Shown one piece after another: positions 24,912-37,760 of a stretch of DNA of 64,000 nt. The stretch is taken from NCBI GenBank assembly GCA_905178155.1, contig CAJINV010000008.1, positions 310,001 to 374,000 of the forward strand, given 5' to 3'. The notes below the pieces were generated by a model. It worked only from the letters and a program-made list of their open reading frames with translations. It was not told where the DNA came from and ran no database searches. A program made the position numbers and the translations under genes. Each line of letters begins with the position of its first letter. The first letter of the stretch is position 1. This DNA comes from Amoebophrya sp. A120 (Eukaryota; Protista; Dinoflagellata).

Positions 24912-26982
24912 TTATAAACTCCATTTTGGAAATTTCCAACCTGACGCTTCCGTAATCTCGTCCTCGACTGTATTTGTCTTCGCCATGAGAAGCTTTGTCC
25001 CCTCTGCTGGTCTTATGCTTTGCTGTTTGCACGCCAATCCTCGGCTGTTGCGCAGAACTTTTTGCGGCCTCTGCTCCACAACCTCAGGTTCCACGTCGTA
25101 CCTTTCCCCGTCTTCCGCGTCTTGTAATTCGGTCTGCTCTCCTTCAACATTACTGTTTACCCCAATCGCGCCTTTTGTTGAGACGGAAGCACCTCGTCCA
25201 CCAACCCCCGGTTCTCCTTGCTGTGCGAGTTGCATCTGTTCCATCAATTCCGAGACCTGTTGACGCAACAAAAAATTGGCCTGCTCCAACTCGGCAACAC
25301 GATCTAGCGTTGTGGTGTAGTAGGAATGCTCAAGCTCCATCAGATCTCCTGGATTCGGGCCGCCTCCGAAACTCGAATCTAGGTCTTGTTCGTTAATACG
25401 GAACTCCTCATGTTTCGACGCCGAAGGACCATCTTGCGTATGCAGATGCGGCGTTACCGGCATCGTGCTTGTGTTTCCCCCCGTCGCACAAACGCTGCTC
25501 TCCTTACTGGCCCTGAAGAATAAAGTTAAATTTGCTTCTACCTCCCTACTTTCATGCGAATTTTCCTGCTGCTCATCTTTTAGTTGTAGGCCACGGCAAA
25601 CTTTCAGTTTAAAGTTCCAGTTCCTGTATCTCTACATAAAATCAATCTCAGTCTACTTTTACTTTCGTCGTCTCCTGATTTTATTTGAAAAAAAATACTT
25701 ACCGCTGGCTTCGCGATGCGAAGATATCTTCCAAGTCGGGCGGAATGAGACTGGGCGAGTTGGCGGGCTGCTGCCCCGGAATGTTCGTAGCTCCACTACC
25801 AGCAGTGCCTCCGGCTCCTCTCGCGACTCCCGGGGGTGGCGGCGTTCGCGGAACGGAGCCGCAGCCAAGGTTGTAGCGCGGCGGCAGCCGCCCCAACGGT
25901 AGTGCGGGCATGTTCACTCCTGTGCGCCGGGGCGAAAGCAAAGTCGGCGAAGACGCACGCGATGAGGGCGGCAGCGAGCTCACAGCATGCGTCGGGAATG
26001 GCGCACTGCTCAGCCCCTTACCTTCATGTTGATGTTGTTCAGGAGACCATTGAGGATGAAACAAACTGCTCAGATTTTCTCCTCCTGTTCATAACTATGA
26101 CTGAGTAACATTCTGTAGCTAGCGTAGTTAGAACTCGACGCGACTTGTCGACTTCATCTTCGCGGCGCATGTGGTACAATCAGAATGAGACTAAGACTAA
26201 CAGAAATGGAAATCTCTCTTTGGAGGAAAATAAAAATGATCAATCGAAGTAGTCTTCTATGACGTTGCTTCAGATGCGAACTAGGTTTGGGTAGTACCTT
26301 GTTCCAGTGCCAGCAGTATTTTTTTCCCTGCAGAGGAAAGATGCAGGCCCGGACTGTATCCCTCTCCCCCACCGATTGTGCTCTTGTCCCGCTCGGTACA
26401 TCCGAACAAGAATCCAAGCCAGTTGCCGAGACCGAAAAAGGACCCACCATTGCTACCTCCTCCGCCCATAATTTCAACGACCGAAACAGACATGCTGTCG
26501 CTGTGGCTGTCGTCGTCTTGATCCACGTTGTATCTGTTCGAGTTTCTCGTCTTCACACTGGACGACGTAGGTGGAGCGATTCCTGCACCTGCACTGCCAG
26601 GCAGCGGGTGCTCGCTCTGCGCATCAAGGAATACCTCCTTGGACGTTGATGCACTGACAGCCAGGGGTGGGCCCCCACTGTCCTGGGATTGCTTACTCGT
26701 GTTCTTGTCAGCGCCACTTCCTCCCTCCAGTAGTACTATGTCATTCGCTGCAATTACCGCTGGCTTCTCTGGGTGGCTCAGGTCGAGGCCCTTGCCGGAA
26801 AAAATCGACCGCGCCACTTGTCGCAAGGAGGGCGTGAGTTGGTACCAGACCGCCCGGAGCTCGCCGAGCAAATTGCGGTAGTTCAAAGCCTGCTTTTTCC
26901 ACTCCCGCCGACTGCTCGCCAGTCTCTCGTTCTTCTCCTGCAACAAAACGAGGGCGCGGTCAAGCCGCTGAACGAGCGACAT
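24912..26982 (-). CDS. Hypothetical multi-exon coiled-coil protein; boundaries approximate
   Basis: Co-oriented ORFs 26281-26982, 25699-26064 and 24912-25463 with coiled-coil-like segments (LDRALVLLQEKNERL; LDRVAELEQANFLLRQQVSELMEQ). Confidence 0.45.
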
Positions 26983-27862
26983 GATTTAATATCTTCTTCT
27001 TATCCTTGTATGTGCAGGCGACAAGAATGCACTGTTTCACTTTCTCCAGAATGATATCCGTATTCTCTACTGCTACTTCCTCGTGCGTTTGAAACTCGAA
27101 AGACCACACCTCACCGTCTGAGTTCTTTTTCCTGTGCCCGAATCCAACCCGACCGCGTCACTCGCCGCTCCTTCTCGTCCCGCTGATCCAATAGCAGCTG
27201 TAGTCTGGTGCCCACGCGCACCCTTTTTTTTTTTTTCGTTTTAGCAATACCCTCTCCGGACGGCCCAACAAGCTCACATTGACATTGGCACTCATTGAGG
27301 TGCTGCGGGCGAGGGCGTCTAACTGCCTCGCGACGCAGACTCGAAACCGAAGCGACGGACTCGCAGCCCCAGTATCGGCCACCAGACGAGAAGTGTTCGC
27401 GTTTTGATGTTCAAAATTTTTTCGTTTTTTCACCAGACAACAGAACCGGAGGGAAACCTGGGAAAGCTCATAAATGTGAAGAAAGAACACTGTTGAAAAC
27501 TTACACCTATCACTACCGCAGCTGCAGGTGGTATACAACCGACCAGGACCACCTCGTTCACGTCTGCAGCTGCAGGACAGTAAAAACATGAATCCTGTTC
27601 AAAAAGAGTGTTCTCTTGCCTGCGTAGTTGTTTTCTTTCGTCGTGTAGCTGAAACCAGAATCGCCGTATCTCTGGAACGGTGGGACAAATAAAGGACTGC
27701 TTTGTGAACGGCTTCATCGTTGATCAGGACCGAAAATAGTTAAAGGAATGAGCAAAAAAACTGTTCTACGCCTGCTACACCTCAGTACTTCGTTAACGGT
27801 TTCGTCGTCGTCTGTGCCTCTCCAAGCATTACTTACACTTAGGTCAGCACTTCCCCGCAACT

Positions 27863-29413
27863 TCACTTCGATCCGCCAGATTTTGCACTCGCGGCTTGTC
27901 GCTGCAATTCCAACTTCCGCTGCGTCATTACGCGATCGCGCTCGTCGATCGCATCCTCCTCCGCTTTGGACATGCCATTTTTCTCGCCCCAGCTAGTCAG
28001 GGCTTGCATCCCCATCTCCAACATCGGGTTGAGTTGCGCCCCTTTTCGCCAATATCCCGCTAGCGAAGCGTCTTGCATTTTCTTATCCTCCAAACCCATT
28101 TGCGACAGAATCATGCGCGACCCGCTCGCACACCCGACGATGGCGGCGTTGATCGAAGACCAAAACGGATACCCAAACAGCGCTCCACACATCCACACGC
28201 CCGGCGGATAGTTTCCCTTCGGAGCGTATTTTCCCTTGCCGTACGTCTTCGGCTTGTAGTCGAGCGCATGTATCAAAGCGTCCAACGTACTCGTGCCAGC
28301 AGCCTTCGCTGCAAACATCTTGGTTCCAACCCCCGGCGCCTCGTAAGAAGTGATGCCGGCCAGGTCGTAGAATTTTACGCAGTCCTCGATGCGTAACGAC
28401 TCGGCCAGCCGCACGATCTTGTCCCCAAGCCTCGACTTGCTACCTTCCGCAAGAAACGGCGCCGTGTGCGGGTCCCCAGCGGGGAGGCAGTCGTCGTACA
28501 GAAGTTTCAGCCCCGAGTTTCCGCTATCCTCCCGAATATACTCTTCCAGATAGTCATACCAGATCCGAAGTCCCTCGGCCTCAAACAAATCGATCACCTT
28601 CTTGTCTTTCAACTCCTCCCGCAGAATGTAAAACTCATCGAATAATCTTAATCCGTCCGACAGCGCACAACACGCGTTACTGTCGTTGCGGCGATAGCAA
28701 CACAACCCCGAATCTTTTTCTCCGCAGAGGCGCTCGACCTCGGCCATGACTTTCGCGGCCGGTTCACAACCAACGAAGTCAAAGGTAATAATTTTGTTCA
28801 CCGACTCCTTGTCGATATGTGCTGGGATCAGATTGAAGACCGGCTTTTTTCCCACCACGCAAAGCTCTTGGAGCTGTTCCATTATCTGGGCGGCCGAATA
28901 CTGATCAAAATGGTGTCTACAATGCCGAAATTCGTAGTTTTTGAGACAATCGTCGCAAAACGGCACGAGGTCCTTGCCAGCACGGCACCACTGTGGCGTC
29001 TGGAGCATTTTCACGAGCGCGTGGCCAGTAAAGCTCGGCTTGTATTGAAAAGATTCGATGAACCCGCAGAAAAGAGCATACCCATCGTACTGCCTCATCA
29101 GAATCGAAATGTGTTTCATGGGATGATGTGGAATGAGATTTTCGATTTTAATCTTCTTCATTTGTCTCGGATCAGGACTCGGGTTGATGGCCAAAGCTTG
29201 GCCTTGTGGTGTTTGGACGAATTTGCACATGTCAACAATAAGTCGCTTGTCTCCGGTTGAGTCGTAGCCGAGGACGCGACACGTCTGACCGTTGAGGTGC
29301 TTCTCAGATTCATTCTTGAGGCCAGAAATTTCGAACGGGTGCACTGCGCCGCCTTGTTTTTGGAGATAACACTCCATACCGCGGACGTCCCGGCCGGTGA
29401 GAGCGGAAGGCAT
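27863..29413 (-). CDS. Hypothetical protein, 516 aa, single exon
   Basis: Long ATG-started ORF with globular composition. The N-terminal ISGL..EKHLNGQTCRV...KRLIV...KIENL resembles an SH3/KOW-like module common in protist proteins. Confidence 0.75.
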   Translation of the reverse strand: MPSALTGRDVRGMECYLQKQGGAVHPFEISGLKNESEKHLNGQTCRVLGYDSTGDKRLIVDMCKFVQTPQGQALAINPSPDPRQMKKIKIENLIPHHPMKHISILMRQYDGYALFCGFIESFQYKPSFTGHALVKMLQTPQWCRAGKDLVPFCDDCLKNYEFRHCRHHFDQYSAAQIMEQLQELCVVGKKPVFNLIPAHIDKESVNKIITFDFVGCEPAAKVMAEVERLCGEKDSGLCCYRRNDSNACCALSDGLRLFDEFYILREELKDKKVIDLFEAEGLRIWYDYLEEYIREDSGNSGLKLLYDDCLPAGDPHTAPFLAEGSKSRLGDKIVRLAESLRIEDCVKFYDLAGITSYEAPGVGTKMFAAKAAGTSTLDALIHALDYKPKTYGKGKYAPKGNYPPGVWMCGALFGYPFWSSINAAIVGCASGSRMILSQMGLEDKKMQDASLAGYWRKGAQLNPMLEMGMQALTSWGEKNGMSKAEEDAIDERDRVMTQRKLELQRQAASAKSGGSK

Positions 29414-30465
29414 GTTGATGAGTTGTTTTTAGTAATAAATGCCTGATTTCGATGCTTCAACTTCGCATTTGAAAAAATTCGACAGAACGATGAGGGGGTA
29501 AGGCTCTCTGGTGCGCGAAGCGGGGAAAAAATCCATTGACGCGAGAAAGAAATGAGCAGCCCTGTCACGAGCGAAAACCATTCACGGGGAAGGTTCGCAG
29601 AAAAAGCGGCGAACCAAACACAGGCCTGTTCCTTCGTTTTTGATTTTATTTTGACATGAGTACTAGCAAGAATAAGTTTGATACAGTTGATTGCTTCGTA
29701 TTGACGTTGATAGCCGATTTTGATTTATCTTGATGTTGAAGCACGTCCGTGACTATGTTGGTATAGATACTCCTCTTCAAAAATGAAAAGCACAGCGAGA
29801 GAAGCGACTATGAAGTCGGGGTAGCTTGTTTGTCGAAGCAAGCATTTTGGGTTGCAACTTGTAACATAGATGACATGACACAGTACGTATGAGATGAAAC
29901 TATTGACTCGGCTGCAGCAGAAGTTCCTTGTACTTCGTAAAGACTTTTTTGTGGTCACGGCAAATACTAAGATGTCGTGCTCGTGTTGGTCATAGATAGC
30001 AGGAATCAATCCTTAATCGCCCGGCGTCACCGTCGTCGAGACGGACAAAAAATAAAAATAACGGAAAAACTGCTTATGTTCCTCTGCTTTCTGCACTTCT
30101 AGTTCTACTTGAGCTCTACCATGATTGATCGATGGAGGCTCGTCTGCGTAATTGGTGAATTATACATGTGCATTCGCCGAGGGTGACGTGCTTAAGCTTA
30201 CGAAAACGAAAGTTTGAAACTGAAACTGATACCCAGTTCACGAATTGTATCGATAATATTCGGCCACATCGATAATTTCTGTTGAAGTTTTACCCTTCGA
30301 AAAAAGTGGAGTCTCGTCTGATTTTATGTGATGTAATATTGGTCCTACCACTGTAAAAATAATTTTGCACATTCGATATTGATTCGTCTGACGACAAAAC
30401 TCAATCATGAGACGTGTCCTCTCAGTCCTCGCAACGCCCGTAGGTTCTTCATCCTTCCGTTCTTT

Positions 30466-33400
30466 TCACACGCCGCTGAGCAATCTGTAGCCTGTCCAAT
30501 CGGCAGGAGCGACGTAGTTATGTTGCTTCATGAAGTTCAGCAAACACTGCGAGGGACCGTCCACGGGTGCTTATCCTGATTAAAAACGTCCCCACACCAG
30601 AGTCAAGATGGGAAATCTGCTACACAAATTTACTAGCCTTCGTTAATTGGCATGACAAGTTTGTCCTCGTACGTGCAATCCTGTTTTAGCTAGTTCAGAA
30701 GCGTCACAGATCTAGCATAGCATGCTGATTCTAGCATCACAAATTCCAAAACACGACTAGAAAATCAAAATGCTTCTCATAGAGCTCCGCATGAGAAACT
30801 TCCTTGGCATGCAGAATTGCATGACAACTATGGGGTGGGGATGTTTTTACACGGAATAGTGCTTCGACCTTTTTCACCTGTGCTGCCGCTGCGCCGCGTT
30901 TGCTAGGACTCGCACCGGTACCCTCCGCGAGTCGCTTGCTCTTCTGTTTTGTGGTCGTTCAGTCGTGTAGCTGAACTGAATACGCATGGTAGCAGAGGCA
31001 AGAAAAACCAACATCAAGGTCGGTAGATCGTCATGCACGCATCGCCGGAAGAACCAAGTCCACTTGAAAAGGTTCAAATGTACTAAATGCGCAAAGATCA
31101 AGATGTAGTATACATAGTAATAGTTTTATTTACCGCAAACCACGCGAGGTCTTCTTCCTGTGACGGCTCTGGGACGTATTTTTGAAAGTCCTCCAACTTC
31201 TTCCTGGCAACCGTCCACTTATGGAAGCGTCAGGTTTGAAATCGTCAAAGTTGAAATAATTTGTAATGCATAAAATGCGACACAGAAAGTGACTCTATTG
31301 CAGAGGACCCACGGGAGGCAGATTATAGTCCTGGTAAGGGTCACAAGTTGGACTGCTAACTAGCATGACAGAAGGCAGCTCTTTGGCCCTAAACCGCATG
31401 ACAGACTCGCTTCCAGGACCGGGAAAATTTGTCACGCACCGACTACAAACTGTAGGTCTAATTGGTATGCGTTTTATGCATGACAAACTATTTCAACTTT
31501 GACGATTTCAAACCTGACACATCCGTACCACTCACCGCTTTCGTAGTTGACGAAGGCCATTCCGAAGCGATGATGGAATTCCGCTGTGAATTGCTCCGTC
31601 ATGAGCCGAATGTCCTGGTCCTCACAAAATTCGTCGAAGGGGACGTAGTTCTCGCTAAGCCGCTCTTCCTTCGTTTCCTCCCTCTGCAGCCGCATCTGAA
31701 ACTCCTCCTTGCGCGACAATTTTTGCCCCGTGAAGGTCGATATCTTTTGCTGGCCACCACGTGCGGCCGCGCCGCCTCCTACCGCGGCGCCCGATGCTGT
31801 GTTCCGAGCCCGCTTTTTGGGGCTCGGCGACGCAGACCCCGCCCCGTGTCTGCTTGGGCTGGTGGCCGCCGCCTGTAGCAATGTATTGCCACCAGGTACT
31901 GTGCCCGTTTCCGTCCGCCGCTGCCGCATGTTTTTCCGGTTCTTCGTATTGGGCGACTCGAAAAAGTTCGTGGGAGGTTGAAGATTTGTATGCTAGGACA
32001 GTTTTCCTCGGAGAACTTGCGACCATCAAGTAGAAGGTACCTTCTTCTACCAGAACTCTAACAACGCAACACAACTGTAAGTAGAGGTACTAGTAGCACC
32101 TCCAGCAATACTAAGCTCGTATCTGGACCAGACTTACTGTGAAGGAAGCGAGCCAGGCAAGACTAAGAAAAGTAAACCGTTAAAGAAGACATCATGATCA
32201 TGCACAACGAGGACAGGAGAGTTTTGCAGCATAGATCTTCAGGCAATTGCTGTCTAAGTCGAGGGTGTAGAGGTAGAAGGGCTTCTTGATCCCACTCACT
32301 AGCACGCGGTCCACGCGGCGAAGCTTTCGCCGGTACGGAGGAGTCACACAGTGGGCTAGGTGTTCGCTGATCAACAATGGCACACCGTACTGTTTTGTCG
32401 CGGCTTCCAGCTGGGCACTGAGATTTACCTGGAAGAATAAAATCGCGGAAAAGGATTTATACAGAAGTAGTTGCCGAAAAATCATGCGTGGGACGAGAGT
32501 CATTCATCCAAGGACCTTCCATATCAACAAGTCGTAAGGGTGCAAGTAGCAGCAGCTGCAGAAGGTGGAGGAAGAAATAATAGTTCCATCATGAAGTTGT
32601 ACGTGTGGCGAGAGGTAGCTGGCGTCCACTTTGAACTCGCTTCCGATAGCGCCTTCAATGGCCCATCCGCGGTGTAGTCCAAAACCCATTTTCACGCGGT
32701 AGTTCGGCATTCGATTGAGCAGCCCCTCGTGCAGGCGGTACGTCGCTAACACTGGGGACCGGTTGGTGGCGGCGATGATCCGTGAGAAGCACATCACCGC
32801 TAGTTCGCTGATCCGGCACGCCTCTCCGCGGTGAAGCTCCTCGTAGGAAATGTCGGACGACTTCGTGATGTACCCTAATCGCCACACTAGCAGAAACGCG
32901 TCACCGATGTTCTTGTTCGGAGATCCGCAGTGCGCATCCGTGACGGTGTGCACGATCTCGGAAATCTGATCGCATTTTTACATTGGAGCCTACGTACTAG
33001 ATCATTCAAGAGTATATTAACAGCACGCGAAACATCAAAAATCCTACTTATCCTTTTACTATTTGAGCAGGAGAAAGTAAAAACATCCCTTCCATACAAG
33101 AAACAAAGGCCGAGCCAGTTTTTGTACCCGATTGACGAAGAGCATGACACCGTCCTGAAGAATCTCCGTGGCGTCCGTGAAGTTTCTAATATCGCAAAAG
33201 CCAAAAATAGCGTCCATGTACTGACCATCAACCATGGTGTTTATTGCACTGGTTGTGTCCGAGTCCTTCATGTTGTGTCCGATCACTGCTGAGCCTGCTT
33301 CTCCAAAAGCGAGCGCGCAGAGACCCCCGAGTTTGATAATGGTTTTCTCCAGGATCACCGTCTCCATCAGCTTGGAGGACCCCGGATCGTCGTTCCAAAA

Positions 33401-36400
33401 GGCCACCAGAGCGTGCTTGATTTTCAGGATCCAGCGGATGAGAAAGAAGTTCGACAAAGAAGAGCCGCCCTCCTGCCTGTTTGATCGGCGGCCGCTTGCT
33501 TTATTTGCGCCGGTTGTACTAACGCTGGCATTATTGGTCGTACTGGAGACCATCGGCCCTTCCACGCCGGCGCTTTTGTCAACACCCGCATCCAGGACCT
33601 GGCCCGAACTGCTCCGATCGAACCTGGAGGACTGCGAAGTGTGGTGACGCACGTCGGACGGGTTTTTCCGGATTGTCGCCAGCCGCTGGATGTTTGTTTG
33701 CTGCACAAAGCTTGGCGACTTGTGGTCCAAGAGAGGCTCGTCGCCCCCTGCTATCTGCGCCCGCTTCTCTTTTGACGAGATCGGCCCACTGGTATTTCCA
33801 GTTGCGCCGGCCGTCGAGCTACTCGCGCTCCCGGTTCCCGTGATCATTCCTGTTTTTCCCTTGTTATTCATCTCCGCGTCGCGCCGGAGCTCTTCTTCTG
33901 ACATCGTATTCCCTCAAAATTATCCATCCCCGTGGTGCGCGTGCCCGTCTACTTTCTGCATGAAAAAAGAAGTCAATTTTGTATTTGTTTCGTTTACGTT
34001 TGTTGCATGCGAAACTTCTGCATGGGAATCGTTAATTTCCAGGGAATACATCCGGATCGCCTCGAAGGGGTTGGACCGGATCTTGCTCAGCCGCGTGATC
34101 ATGCGTTCTACGGGGTATAGCACCAGCTTGTTGGCGTCCTTCGCAAATAGCATGCTGCCAACCAGGAGGAGGAGAAGCACGAAAAAAGTCTGGAACATGT
34201 TGAAAACCGCCTCTAAGCTCGTCCAAGGAGTCAAATCGAAGTACCACACAAAGACCATGCTCTCCAACCTACAGGATTTTTGGATTACCGAATAGATCCA
34301 GATACTGTCTTGCATGGATAAACTAAAACTTTTTCATTTTCATTTTCTTGGGCCGACAAAAATGGCCATCTTTGCTTTTTCTACGTGTTAGAGAGGTAGA
34401 ACTTCCGCAGTTCAGGAGCGCAGGCAAAACAAAGGTGATAGATGAAGGAGAAGGAATGCTACAAGAAAAAAAACCTCTATTAATACTCTGGGTATTGCTG
34501 CCGCAGAAAGACGTCATCGGTATCACGACCGCACGCTTCGGACTCACAGATCATGGGCGCTACCAGTCCGATCTCGTTGTACCGCAGATCTTTCGGACAG
34601 CGCTTGTCCTGCGGGTGAGCAATGGAGGCACCATACCGGCGACGGATATAGGACTGGAAGAACAAGTCCACTTTTTCCTCGCAGTTCCCGTTCTATCAAA
34701 TGTAAAAATGTCTGGGTCTGGAAGATTGCCGGCTTTGTCATGCACATTTTGCATGACTCCTCAAGGTCAAGTCTGTAATGCATGCCCTAGCATCACAGAT
34801 TTTTAGAGGGCTTCCTGATGCCTATTCCGCATGACAAATGCTCTTTCCGTACTGCAAAATTTGGACTCTCTTTGCTGCTCATGCAATACAGATTTTTTTA
34901 GAATCCAAAATCAGCATGACAAGTTGGATTCTTCCCGACCCAGACATTTTTACATTTGATACGTTCCACACCTGCTTCAGATTTTCCTTGAACTCATCTG
35001 GGATAGCATTGGACTCGTACACTCCGTCCACGGAGGCACTCGGTTGGCGGGACGCCCGGTACTTTGCGTCCCAGGTGCCGCTGGGAAGCGCCCAGTGGGC
35101 CGAGTCGTTGTAGTAGCTGCTGTTCCCTAGCGTCGCGTGCTCGGCGATCTCCTGCCACTCTGCGTTTGCGGACGGCTGAAAGAAGAAACCCACCCAGAAA
35201 ACGCGATCCTTCACGCTATGGGGGTTTACCGAATACCCGCTGCCACTATCGTACGTGCCGTGCCAATTATGATAATACAGGAAATGCAGGTGCTTACCTA
35301 ACAGAAGATTGGTGGATTCAGGTTTCAGGATTATATCATGTCTTTCTTACGTAGCGACGATGAGTCAGTGCTGCGGCTTCATCTCGAGCTCAGTCTATTT
35401 CGTTCCACCGTGTGCACTAGGCAGCCTCGAGACGTGTCTAGTATTTGCGCGGCGTACAAACAAGCGTAAGTAAAACTTCGAAATTCAGCACTCACTCATA
35501 AGCTGCATACTTACGTTCGTAGGCGTTTCGTTCTGCGTCTCGTCGACGGATTTCTGCCTCCGTGGCGCTGGCGCCAGCGATGTGCACCTTTTTGACCTCT
35601 ATTAAGTATCGGCGAAACGAGTCCCAAATGCTATTCACCGAGTACGAAGCGGCGTCCATGTAGAGGTCTTTCGTAGAGAGTAACCCGTCGGACCGGAAAA
35701 GCGGCACCGCAATCAACATAACAAGAACCACCAAGATGACTCGTCGCGTGGTCATTTCTGACAGCTTTTTTCCCACGCGAGACTCCTCCACTTCATGTTC
35801 CTCGTCGTCGACGGCCGCGTCAGAGAACACCTGGCGCTCACCTGCGGAATTAATCATTGCAAAGTTCTTCCGATCTTCCACCAATCCCGCAAAGCTATGC
35901 TGGGGAGCTGGCATCTGCAAAACCAAAAGCTAGAAGTTGCATGCTCATTTGAAACAGAATGCCAATACTAGTAGCAGTAATTCCATAAGGAGCTCTACGC
36001 ACCACAACTACACTGTTTCTCTGCGTGCATCGTTGTGACGTCAGAAGTTTCGGGTAGAAGTTCTTGTGTCAACGAAACTTATCTTACCGGGCGGCAAGAG
36101 CATGTTCTGCTGCTCTCTTTCGCGCTTGCGCTTCCTCTCCAGGTGCGCTTTATAGAGTTTGAAGATCCTAACCAACCGAATGACTCGGATAACGCGGACT
36201 ACGCGGCCCATACGGGTTCCCATCCGGCTCGCACGCCCGACCCGCGCCACGCCGCCCCCTCCTTGCCCACCACCGCCCTCGTCCTCGGGGCTGGTGAAAA
36301 GCTCCTCCGCAAGCGTGGTGATGTCCAGCACGAGGGATAACGTCGACACGATGTCGAGATAGAAGAAGAACCCGCCGTAGTAGTCCGCCTTGCCCCAGGT

Positions 36401-36937
36401 GTAAACCAGGACCTCGAAGCTGAAAATGAGGATGGAGGCGTAGGTCATGCCGTTAAAGATGGGGTCGTGCTGCTTTTCGGTCAAAGCCAAGCGCAGGTCA
36501 TCGCCGACGAGCGCGTAGAACGTGAGCAACGTCATCACCACCGCGAAGGTGTTGTTGTTGGAAAAAAAGCGGCAGAATCCGATCCAGTTTTTTTTCACGA
36601 TCGCGAAAAAGCTCACGTGCTCGTCCTCGGAGTCACTTAGCAGACCCTGTTGTCGCATCGACTTCATGCCCAGCCGCCGCACTCCGCCACCGGACGTGGA
36701 TCTTTTAGTGGCTGATTCATTTTTCTCTTGCGTCGTGGACGCCGGACCTCCGCCGGGGGCGGTACCAGCTGCTCGAGTACCGGACCCATTTTTTGCAGCG
36801 TCGGCGTACTGGCTGCCTGCTCGGATAGAAGTCCCTTCCGAGCCAACGGACACCATGCTTCGCGAGGAGAACCGGGCTGACGACGACGCGGTTGCGTCGA
36901 CGCCTCCTCGGTTGTCCGAGGGCATCACTTTCGCCAC
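30466..36937 (-). CDS. Voltage-sensor/ion-channel-linked class III adenylyl cyclase (alveolate AC-alpha type), multi-exon
   Basis: S4-like RASRMGTRMGRVVRVIRVIRLVRIFKLYK; ESRVGKKLSEMTTRRVI; AIFGFCDIRNFTDATEILQ; NKNIGDAFLLVW; KMGFGLHRGWAIEGAIGSEFKVDASYLSPHVN; C-terminus DGPSQCLLNFM..APADWTGYRLL with stop at 30466-30468. The true start may be a short upstream exon near 37061. Confidence 0.92.
30572..30858. mobile_element. Introner-like TIR element (287 bp), intron of the adenylyl cyclase
   Basis: tatcctgattaaaaacgtccccac ... gtggggatgtttttacacggaata. TSD gtgct at 30567-30571 and 30859-30863. Excision gives KKVEA|PVDGPS. Confidence 0.88.
31220..31527. mobile_element. Introner-like TIR element (308 bp, about 55-bp TIR), intron of the adenylyl cyclase
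   Basis: TIR core gtcaggtttgaaatcgtcaaagttgaaata. TSD ccact at 31215-31219 and 31528-31532. Excision gives YESGEW|TVARKKLE. Confidence 0.92.
33907..34048. mobile_element. Aged introner-like TIR element (142 bp), intron of the adenylyl cyclase
   Basis: tattccctcaaaattatccatcccc ... gggaatcgttaatttccagggaata. Near-TSD catcg/catcc. Contains the two in-frame stops. Excision gives NPFEAIRM|SEEELRR. Confidence 0.82.
34694..34961. mobile_element. Introner-like TIR element, family A (268 bp), intron of the adenylyl cyclase
   Basis: Family A TIR. TSD cgttc at 34689-34693 and 34962-34966. Excision gives KQVWN|GNCEEKVDLFFQ. Confidence 0.95.
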
Positions 36938-37760
36938 GTTCTCCCACGTCCTGCCAATAAAGCTCTCTAGTAAGTCTCAGACCACTTCTCCTGGTCTCTC
37001 ATGTTTATAATCTCTAGAGTAGAACTACAGAGCTTTTTACGCTATGCCTCGCCATCGGTCATGCTTGGTTGTTGCTGTTGCCGCGGTGAGAACGATAAAA
37101 GAAAAATCAATGAATTTACTATATCTTTTCGTAGTTTATTTCGGGTAACTTCATGATCAAGCATCCCTTCATGACGCACAGCTGAGCCCCTGTCGCTGTC
37201 CAAGCTCCGCTGCACAACGAAAAAAAACCAAAGGTAATGTAAATACAGGTTTTCATTTTCACTTCGTGTACATACACCCTCCATCGTCATCAAATGTACA
37301 CAACCGGGAGGTGGAACATCACACCCACTAGCACTACATCGATCAAGAAACACCATACCGCATGAGCCTCACAAGGCAGGTTGTTGGAAATTAGTGCTGC
37401 GGCACAGAGTAAAAAAGTCTGCCTGTACCAGTAATTAATGCTTCACCGGTGCAAACTCTTCAATGCTCTAGCCCCTGGCGCAGCTTTTTCAACGACGTCC
37501 AGGTGAATGGCATAAAAAATCAATCCCAATCCGGGCTTCCAATTCTATAAAATTCAAGGTTGGACGGGAGATATTCTCCCATGTACTTCATTTACTCACG
37601 AAACGTAGAAGTGCCTTCGCGTTCGCGGTCGTGATCCGTCATTAAGATTCACGGTCGCGGAAAAGAAAGCTCTCTAGAGAAACGTCGACTCTCTTCACGA
37701 ACCACAGGGAGAATACTACAGTTACAATTGAAAGATTATTTTCTTCCCCCGTTCTTGCTC

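Noticed and set aside
33914-33922. In-frame stops suggesting stop-codon reassignment, as reported for one Amoebophrya lineage
   Set aside because: The stops fall inside a TIR element whose removal restores the protein, and very long ORFs elsewhere (e.g. 1642 aa) are stop-free in the standard code.
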